From Terriglobia bacterium (GTDB lineage: Bacteria > Acidobacteriota > Terriglobia > UBA7540): a stretch of DNA of 22,426 nt. This document shows positions 15,455 to 22,426 of the stretch, in pieces (the first letter of the stretch is position 1; every line of letters starts with the position of its first letter). The position numbers and the translations under genes were made by a program. Where the stretch lies: positions 1 to 22,426 of the forward strand of contig JAIQGA010000056.1 of NCBI GenBank assembly GCA_020072925.1. The letters are read 5' to 3'. The notes below the pieces were generated by a model. It saw only the letters and a program-made list of their open reading frames with translations, did no database searches and was not told where the DNA came from.

Positions 15455-16716
15455 TGCCCACCTATTCACAAATCGTCTGGAGCGGCGCGATGGCCATGCT
15501 GATGGGCTTGCTGATTGGCCTGGAGCGCCAGCATTCTCAGAAAGCCGATGAGCCCCTCTTTGCGGGCTTCCGGACGTTCCCGGTTATCACTTTGACTGGC
15601 TTCCTCGCCGGGCTGCTGGCTAAAGCGGGGTTTATCTGGGTCTTGCCGGTGGCGATGGCAGGGGTTTGCGCCGTCGCGGTGGCGGCGTATTACGTCACCG
15701 CTCAGGGCCAGCACAAGGGCGCCACCACGGAGTTCGTCGCCATCCTGGCTTTTGTCCTCGGCGCGCTCACGGCCTTCAATTTCGTGATTCCCGCCGCGAC
15801 TTTTGCGGTGGTCACCACGCTGCTGCTTTCGATCAAGGCGCCCCTCCATCGCTTCGCGGAAAAGATTCAGGAAGAGGAAATCTACGCGATCCTGAAATTC
15901 GGAATTGTCACGGTGATCGTGCTGCCCCTGCTTCCGAACCGCACGTTTGGGCCGTTCCAGGTTCTCAACCCGCGATTGATCTGGCTGATGGTCGTGTTGA
16001 TTTCCGCGGTGAGCATGGTGGGCTACGCCTTGATGCGCTTTATGGGCGCCCGGCACGGTATCGCGGTGACCGGGATGCTGGGAGGCCTGGCCTCGAGCAC
16101 GGCCACGACATTCGGGCTCTCGCAGAAAGCGCGTGAGGCGGAGGACTCCCTGGCCAAGTTTTTCGCCCTGGGGATCGTGATTGCCTCCACCATCATGTTT
16201 CTCCGTATGCTCATCTTGACGTTTGTCGTGGATCCTCATCTGGGGCGCGCCCTTGTCGTTCCGATCATGGCTCCCGCGCTGGCAGGTGTGGGGATAGCCC
16301 TCTACCTCTGGTTGAAGAAGCCCGGCACTCAGAGCGAGGCCGGACTCCGCGTGCGCAACCCCATGGATCTTTGGACGGCGATCAAGTTCGGTTTGCTATT
16401 TGCGGTTGTGCTGTTTGTCTCCCGCGCGGCGTTCCAGTACTTTGGCTCTTCGGGAGTCTACATTGCCGGAGCGCTGGCGGGCATGACCGATGTCGATGCT
16501 TTCACGATTTCCGCCGCGCGGCTGGGGCAGGAAAATGTCTTGGCGGCCAGCACCGCCAACGCTTCGATTCTTCTGGCTGGAGCGATGAATACGCTGGTCA
16601 AGGGTGGCATCGCGGCCGTTCTGGGCGGCCGCGCGCTGCGCCGCGTCATCATTCCCCTTTTTGGTATCCTGTTTTTCGCTGCGCTCGTGAGCTGCATCGT
16701 CGTCGCCCGCACTTAA
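15454..16716 (+). CDS. MgtC/SapB-family membrane protein with C-terminal DUF4010-like region
   Basis: N-terminal GLLIGLERQ motif characteristic of MgtC-family proteins; ~420 aa and polytopic. The ORF is open from 15052, but the upstream part overlaps the previous gene in another frame and is not protein-like. Confidence 0.7.
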   Translation: MPTYSQIVWSGAMAMLMGLLIGLERQHSQKADEPLFAGFRTFPVITLTGFLAGLLAKAGFIWVLPVAMAGVCAVAVAAYYVTAQGQHKGATTEFVAILAFVLGALTAFNFVIPAATFAVVTTLLLSIKAPLHRFAEKIQEEEIYAILKFGIVTVIVLPLLPNRTFGPFQVLNPRLIWLMVVLISAVSMVGYALMRFMGARHGIAVTGMLGGLASSTATTFGLSQKAREAEDSLAKFFALGIVIASTIMFLRMLILTFVVDPHLGRALVVPIMAPALAGVGIALYLWLKKPGTQSEAGLRVRNPMDLWTAIKFGLLFAVVLFVSRAAFQYFGSSGVYIAGALAGMTDVDAFTISAARLGQENVLAASTANASILLAGAMNTLVKGGIAAVLGGRALRRVIIPLFGILFFAALVSCIVVART

Positions 16717-17276
16717 ATGTTTCTCGATCACGCTCCGCGTTCCCACGAATAGTGATGACGCCTCGGATCGCCACTCCTCCCTTTGCCGACAAGCAATCTT
16801 AACTTGGGTGTCCTCAACCCCGGGCGAGAGGTTTGGGCGTGCCGACGCCGGGGAGGGTGGCTTGCGCTGCGAGGGCCTTCGCGACCGGAAGCCTTTCGGG
16901 TTCGATTAAGTAACGCGGCGGCTTCAGCACCGGGATCTCAAAATAGTTCTCGAGGACGATGCGCGCCGGAACTTGCAGGATATCCGGTCCGCAGTCACCG
17001 GCCGCGACACTCCCGCTCAGACAGCGGAACCGCCCGAATAAGCGCGCCGCTGCGCCTGAAGCCCAACCTTATCATCGGCGGCTATGGGCACTTCACCTAT
17101 CACTTCGATTACTGGGACCGACGGGAAGCAATTGTGACACTCACACCCTGGTGCCGAAGCTCCCCGAATTGAGGTGGTTACTGTAGCGCCGGCTCCGTGA
17201 CCCGCCCGAGTTTTGTATCCCCTCAGTTCAGAGGTTTTCGCAAGGAATCTGTTTCAGGATGATCGAAAGTCATGCT

Positions 17277-20027
17277 TCAAAAACTCGATTCAAAATCCCA
17301 TTGCCCGGAGCCCACCTTGAAGACGGCGCGGTCCCTTTCCTGGCGAAGAAGCTCGACGCCCGCATGCCGTGCCGCCACTTCTCCGTCCAGCATGACCTGC
17401 TCGGAAGAGCGTGCCGGAACAGACACTGTCGCCGTGGTGTTGGGGGGAAGCGTTACCGAAAGCGTGAAGCGGCCGTCTTGCTTCGTCCAATGGCTGGCGA
17501 TTAAGCCTCGGATCGAGTCGTAGCTGGCGTTGGCCCAGGTCAAGTCTCCAGCCGGCTGCGGATTGATGACGATTCTCTTGAAACCCGGTCCGGTCGGGTC
17601 CGTGCTGATGCCGGCCAGGTCGTGATAGAACCACTCGATGATCTGGCCCAGCATGAAATGATCCTGTGAAGACCGAGGGTCGGCATTCCAGGCTTCGGTC
17701 AGGCTGGTCGCTCCCATTTTCAACTGGTAGCCGTAGCCTGGCTTGTCAGATTGGTTGTTTATATCGAAGATTACATCGGAGCGCCCTCCCTCCGCGAGCG
17801 CGCGCAGGAGGTAGCGGTAGCCGACGTCGCCGGCGGTCAGCGCGTTGCCGTGTCGCCGCACGTCGCGGACAATGTTCGCCAGCACGGCGGCGCGGTCCTT
17901 CCGCTCGGCCAGGCCCATGACAAGGGGAAGGGCATTGGCGCACTGCGAACCTGTGGCATATTGCTCTTTCTCCTTGTCGAAGAATTTCTGATTGAACGCG
18001 GCGCGGATTTGCGAGGCCAGCGTCTGATATTGTCGGGCGTCATCCGCCTTCCCCAGGAAAGCGGCCACCTGAGCCAGAATTATCGCGTCCTGGTAATAGA
18101 ACGCCGTTGCCGTCAGTGCCACAGGAGTCAGTTGAGCTACCCCGGGTGGTTTCGGCCCGAGATCGTACCAGTCTCCAAGTCCATAGGAGAGGATGTGATC
18201 GGCCGCGCGCGTGCCGAGGTAAGCGACGTAATGCTTCATCGCGTCGTAGTGCCTGCGCAGGAGGTCAAGGTCCGCCGTCCACTCGTATTGCTGCCAGGGA
18301 ACCAGGATGAAGGCGCTGCCCCATTCGGGCGAATCGCGGAAACCATCCTGGAATACGGTATATTCCGGCGCGATGTCCGGTACCAAGCCGTTTGGCAACT
18401 GGCTGTCCGCCATGTCGGACATGCCTTTCGTGAACAGCCGCGCCAAGTCAAAGTCGTAGCGCAGCGACGGGCCGTTGAGGTGATACTGCTCGAGCCAGCC
18501 CAGCCGCTCGCGGTGCGGGCAATCGGTGAGAACACTCATCATGTTGCTGATCTGCGCCCAGCGGACGAGCCGGTCGATGCGGTTGAACAGTTTGTTTGAA
18601 CATTCGAACTTCCCGACCGGCGGGGAGGCGGAGTGGACCACGACGCCATCAAGGGACTCGATCACGGGAAGGCGCTGGCCCGAGGGCGCGGAACATTCAA
18701 CTTGCAGATAACGCGCGCCATGGTAATAGAACTTTGGGAACCACGTCTCCGTCCAGTCCCCCGCCAGCGTATACTGCCAATAAGCCGGGGCCAGGTTGGG
18801 CTCGGCCGACCGGCGGTCCACCGAACCGTCTTCCTTCAGGAGTTCGGCGGGAACGATTCTGACCGCCGATCCCGAGGGGCCCCGAACCGTGAGCTTCGGA
18901 ATCAGAGCCGCGTTTTGGCCCAAATCGTAGACCGCGACGCTCGGGCCGAGGCGCCTGACTCCGACGGGCTTAAGCACGTCAAAGGCCCGGATGGGCGGTG
19001 CGGCGGCGGACAGCCCTTTGAGCTCTCCTCCGGGGCCCTCGACGATACGGGCGGGCGGCCACTTCGAGTCATCGAACCCGGGCTGATTCCACTCGGACTG
19101 CACCAGCCGTGCATCGTAGTCCTCACCGCCGTACACGCACGAGAAGGTGATGGGGCCGGCGCTGGTACGCCATTCTCCGTCGGTCCCTATAATCTCCCTT
19201 CTGCCGTTGGTGTACTCCAGGCGAAATTGCATGATGGCTTTGAGTGGGCCAAAGGAACCTTTGAACTTCGTATAACGCTTCCCCTCGACGTTGTACATGC
19301 CATTGCCCAGCAGCAATCCTATGGCATTGCGCCCTTCTTTCACCAGACCCGTCAGGTCGCGCGTATCATAAAGGCAGGTCTTGTCGTATTTCGTCCAGCC
19401 GGGCGCGAGGAGATCGTCGCCTGCCTTTCGGCCGTTCACCGACAACTCGTAGTATCCAAGGCCGGAAACGTAAGCCAGCGCGCGCTTCAGTCCGGGTTGC
19501 ACCGTGAACTCTCGCCGCACCAACAACGTTTCACTCGGTTGCGAGGCCGCGATCCAACGGGCGTGCCAATCTGCCGCATTCAGCAAGCCCATGGTCCACG
19601 ACGCCGGCTGACTCCACGCTGAACCTTTACCTTCCTGGTCCCAAACGCGCACTTTCCAGAAAACCTGCTGGGAAGACTCCGGGCGCTTGCCGCGATATGG
19701 GATTTGAATGGTTTCATCCGAAGCTACTTTGCCCGTATCCCACAGGTCGCCGCGGTCGTTCGCCAGAGTCTCGGCGGTTGAGGCGGCCAGAATCCGGTAC
19801 GCCGTCTGGCGCTGATTGCGCGCTGTGCTCTCGAGCTTCCAGAATAGGCGTGGCGTGGCCACATCCACACCGAGCGGATTGGAAACGTACTCGCAACGCA
19901 AGTCTGTCACGGCAAGCGGCGAGGCTGTTTCGGCCTTTGCCAGGTGCGCGCTTGACCCAACCCCGGCCAGGACACTGATAGCCAGCACCGAAAGCAGCGG
20001 CACGACTCTCCGAACGTATTGGTTCAT
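17277..20027 (-). CDS. Alpha-L-rhamnosidase, glycoside hydrolase family 78 (secreted)
   Basis: The N-terminal domain signature LRCEYVSNPLGVDVATPRLFWKL...RQTAYRILAAS...GDLWDTGKV.SDETIQIPYRGK...VFWKVRVWD..G..SAWSQPASWTMGLL is typical of bacterial GH78; ~915 aa. Signal peptide after MNQYV (start 20027, GAGGGAAG SD). The ORF is open to 20048. Confidence 0.9.
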   Translation of the reverse strand: MNQYVRRVVPLLSVLAISVLAGVGSSAHLAKAETASPLAVTDLRCEYVSNPLGVDVATPRLFWKLESTARNQRQTAYRILAASTAETLANDRGDLWDTGKVASDETIQIPYRGKRPESSQQVFWKVRVWDQEGKGSAWSQPASWTMGLLNAADWHARWIAASQPSETLLVRREFTVQPGLKRALAYVSGLGYYELSVNGRKAGDDLLAPGWTKYDKTCLYDTRDLTGLVKEGRNAIGLLLGNGMYNVEGKRYTKFKGSFGPLKAIMQFRLEYTNGRREIIGTDGEWRTSAGPITFSCVYGGEDYDARLVQSEWNQPGFDDSKWPPARIVEGPGGELKGLSAAAPPIRAFDVLKPVGVRRLGPSVAVYDLGQNAALIPKLTVRGPSGSAVRIVPAELLKEDGSVDRRSAEPNLAPAYWQYTLAGDWTETWFPKFYYHGARYLQVECSAPSGQRLPVIESLDGVVVHSASPPVGKFECSNKLFNRIDRLVRWAQISNMMSVLTDCPHRERLGWLEQYHLNGPSLRYDFDLARLFTKGMSDMADSQLPNGLVPDIAPEYTVFQDGFRDSPEWGSAFILVPWQQYEWTADLDLLRRHYDAMKHYVAYLGTRAADHILSYGLGDWYDLGPKPPGVAQLTPVALTATAFYYQDAIILAQVAAFLGKADDARQYQTLASQIRAAFNQKFFDKEKEQYATGSQCANALPLVMGLAERKDRAAVLANIVRDVRRHGNALTAGDVGYRYLLRALAEGGRSDVIFDINNQSDKPGYGYQLKMGATSLTEAWNADPRSSQDHFMLGQIIEWFYHDLAGISTDPTGPGFKRIVINPQPAGDLTWANASYDSIRGLIASHWTKQDGRFTLSVTLPPNTTATVSVPARSSEQVMLDGEVAARHAGVELLRQERDRAVFKVGSGQWDFESSF

Positions 20028-20370
20028 TCTGAGCTTCCCTCTCTCCATGGCTTCAACTTTGGAGTATCGGCCTCGAAACGACGAAACCCTCTAGCGGCCG
20101 GCCCGGGGACATTTAAGGGCTTCGCCTTTGAGGATGTCAAATGTTTTTGACCAACTCGAATGCTTGCCCCTCAATTGCCTATCCCTTGACAAGCTGGCGT
20201 TGTAGCACTAGAAGGGAGGGCCAGGGCCCATGCCGGGGCCGGCGTACCGCGGGGGCCGAAGGGAAGTATACGCCCTCAGAATGCGCTAGGAGGAACCTAG
20301 CACGGTGGGTCTGTAGGAAGATTCAACCGAACCGGGCCGTGCGAGAAAGGAAGGTTGGACACAAACTCAC

Positions 20371-21870
20371 ATGAAACCCCAAATTTCCCTCCGAACCTTG
20401 GCACATTTGATCATTGGCTTTTCCTTCTTGACGGCCCTGAGCGCTTTCGCCCAGACGCCAGAGAACGTCCGCGTCAATTGGAACAGGGTGATGGCCGTCT
20501 CGAAGTCGACGGCCACCCTCCAGGTGGTCGTCAACCCGCCGCTCCGCCGGGGATCGGCTATTCACGACCGGGTGTTTCAGGGGTTGAAAGACCTGAAGTG
20601 TGATTACGTGCGGTATGTACCCTGGCTTCCGTATCCCCGGCTGGGCGTGGCCGAGCTAGAGCCGCCGCGTGACGGGAAAACTTCGTGGGACTTCTCCTTA
20701 ATTGACCCCATGACCGAAGATTTCCTGAACGCCACGTCAGGCCATTCGGTCATCCTGAATTTCAGCACCATCCCGCAGTGGATGTTCCGGACGGAGAAGC
20801 CCGTGTCTTATCCGGCAGACCCCGACCAGGTAATCTGGAACTACACGCAGGGGACGGAACTGCGCGACCCTTCGATGAAAGAGGTGGCGGATTACTACGC
20901 GCGGCTGGTGAGCTGGTACACGCAAGGAGGATTCACTGACGAATATGGAAACCGGCACGAGTCGGGCCATCACTTCAAGATTGATTACTGGGAAGTGCTC
21001 AACGAGGTTGATCTCGAGCACAAGATGAGTCCCCAGTTCTACACCGCCCTTTATGACGCCATCGTGATCGCCATTCACAAGGTCGACCCTCACATCAAGT
21101 TTGTGGGGATGGCTCTTGCCTACCCGGGCAAGGCCCCTGAATTCTTCGAGTATTTCTTAAACCCCCGGAATCACCAGGCCGGCGTTCCGCTGGACATGAT
21201 TTCATACCATTTTTATGCAAGCCCCACAGCCGACCAAGAGCCTGAAAACTGGCAGTATACATTCTTCAATCAAGCGGACAATTTTCTGGATGTGGTGCGA
21301 TACGTAGAATCCATTCGGAAGCGGCTTTCACCTGGGACCCAGACCGACCTCGACGAGTTGGGGGCGATCCTGCCGGACGATAATACCGTTCCTCGAGGCC
21401 CGATTCCGGACTCCTACTGGAATCTCTGCGGAGCTATGTACGCTTACCTCTACGTGGAGGCCGCTCGCCTGGGGATCGACGTGGCCGGCGAGTCGCAACT
21501 GGTGGGCTACCCGACACAATTTCCCAGCGTATCCATGGTGGACTGGAATACCGGCCAACCGAACCCGCGATACTGGGCGCTGAAGTTGCTTCGTGACAAC
21601 TTCGGGCCCGGCGACACGCTCGTGGAAAGTCGCGCCTCTACACCTTCGGTCGAGGTTCAGGGTTTCATTACGCGCGAGGGCAAGCACAAGATTCTCCTCA
21701 TTAACAAGCGCGGACAGACGATAAGAATCGCCCTTCCTTTTGCGAGCGGGGGCCGGGCGGACTACGTGGACCCCAGCACGGGATTCAATCCCCCGGCGAC
21801 CCTCAGGATCCCGGGTGACGAACTCAATTTGAATCCCTTCTCGGTGACGGTCGTAACTCGGGGGGACTGA
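20371..21870 (+). CDS. Secreted glycoside hydrolase, GH-A clan TIM-barrel (GH39/GH30-like)
   Basis: Signal peptide; a WEVLNEVD block (acid/base Glu in an NE motif) and a later TDLDELG block (candidate nucleophile). Divergently arranged with the GH78 gene. Confidence 0.55.
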   Translation: MKPQISLRTLAHLIIGFSFLTALSAFAQTPENVRVNWNRVMAVSKSTATLQVVVNPPLRRGSAIHDRVFQGLKDLKCDYVRYVPWLPYPRLGVAELEPPRDGKTSWDFSLIDPMTEDFLNATSGHSVILNFSTIPQWMFRTEKPVSYPADPDQVIWNYTQGTELRDPSMKEVADYYARLVSWYTQGGFTDEYGNRHESGHHFKIDYWEVLNEVDLEHKMSPQFYTALYDAIVIAIHKVDPHIKFVGMALAYPGKAPEFFEYFLNPRNHQAGVPLDMISYHFYASPTADQEPENWQYTFFNQADNFLDVVRYVESIRKRLSPGTQTDLDELGAILPDDNTVPRGPIPDSYWNLCGAMYAYLYVEAARLGIDVAGESQLVGYPTQFPSVSMVDWNTGQPNPRYWALKLLRDNFGPGDTLVESRASTPSVEVQGFITREGKHKILLINKRGQTIRIALPFASGGRADYVDPSTGFNPPATLRIPGDELNLNPFSVTVVTRGD

Positions 21871-22159
21871 CGGCAGCACGAGGCGCGCGTTTGCCGGGGT
21901 GTCAAAATTGAATTCTTGGCGGGACTCCCCTGGCACGCACACCAAGGCATGTTAGCAACCTCCGACAGGGCAGGGGGTTCTCCTTGGTACGTTAGCCCGA
22001 AACGTTCTGTCTGTGAGCGACCTTTCCAGTAGGTACAACGAGACCTATGCGAGCCTCTCATTCCATGGGATGTGAACGATGGCGACCGAGCTTGTGCACC
22101 CGCCGTGGGACCTTCAGCCAGCGTGTCTTCCGCGGAGAGGGTATAATAGGGACATACTT

Positions 22160-22426
22160 GTGGAAACAGAATCTAAGATTCGAAAGGTCGCGTTTCTCGG
22201 CGACTACCTGCCGCGTAAGTGCGGCATCGCGACGTTCACAACCGATCTGCTTGTGGCCGTGGCAGCGGAGCACCCCCAATGCCAGTGCTTCGCAGTTCCG
22301 GTCAATGACATCGACGGCGGTTACGAGTATCCGGACGTAGTTCGCTTCGAGATTGAAGAGCAGGATCTGACATCCTACCAGCGCGCGGCGGACTTCATTA
22401 ACATCAGCAACGTGGGTATCGTATGC
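22160..22426 (+). CDS. Glycosyltransferase (GT4-like) N-terminal fragment, continuing beyond the window
   Basis: Frame open to the window end: (V)ETESKIRKVAFLGDYLPRKCGIATFTTDLLVAVA.. resembles GT-B/GT4 N-termini. The start is ambiguous: GTG 22160, with a TATAAT hexamer at 22142-22147 upstream, or ATG 22079. Confidence 0.45.
   Translation, partial: METESKIRKVAFLGDYLPRKCGIATFTTDLLVAVAAEHPQCQCFAVPVNDIDGGYEYPDVVRFEIEEQDLTSYQRAADFINISNVGIVC

Noticed and set aside
16870-16900. tRNA-like T-arm motif GGGTTCGATTAAG.
   Set aside because: It deviates from the GTTCGAATC consensus, and I could not build a cloverleaf with acceptor or anticodon stems around it.
22047-22340. 97-aa plus-strand ORF in frame 3 at the window end.
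   Set aside because: The translation is not protein-like (Arg/Ser/Cys-rich). The overlapping frame-2 reading, open to the window end, encodes a convincing glycosyltransferase N-terminus instead.

Overview
This is a high-GC (about 60-65%) bacterial chromosomal segment. The gene content (bshA, a PTR2/POT transporter, GH78 rhamnosidase, flotillin) fits a soil Gram-negative such as an Acidobacteriota-like organism, but lineage cannot be proven from sequence alone. Most of the window is ordinary core genome. A minus-strand block carries an Hfq-like Sm protein, a small secreted protein, bshA and a DUF2306 membrane protein. A conserved tmk-holB pair follows, then yggS-yggU (PLP homeostasis protein plus DUF167), a PTR2/POT peptide transporter, a small HD-domain (p)ppGpp-hydrolase-like protein and an M24 peptidase. 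Further on is an NfeD-flotillin pair, followed after a 126-bp gap by a translationally coupled short beta-carbonic-anhydrase-like protein and an MgtC/DUF4010 membrane protein. The 3' part holds a divergent glycoside-hydrolase pair (GH78 alpha-L-rhamnosidase and a secreted GH-A-clan hydrolase) and the 5' end of a glycosyltransferase. The most unusual feature is non-genic: at least six intergenic palindromic elements whose arms are tandem arrays of roughly 7-nt units. Two of them (8229-8375 and 12105-12236) are clear homologous copies built on GTGATTG-type units. Two of them sit between adjacent operon genes, and another abuts the first codon of tmk. A DUF3883-domain ORF at the 5' edge, preceded by non-protein-like sequence and a frame change, may be a remnant of a larger defence-type gene, but its context lies outside the window. 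I found no tRNA, rRNA, CRISPR array or recognisable transposase.
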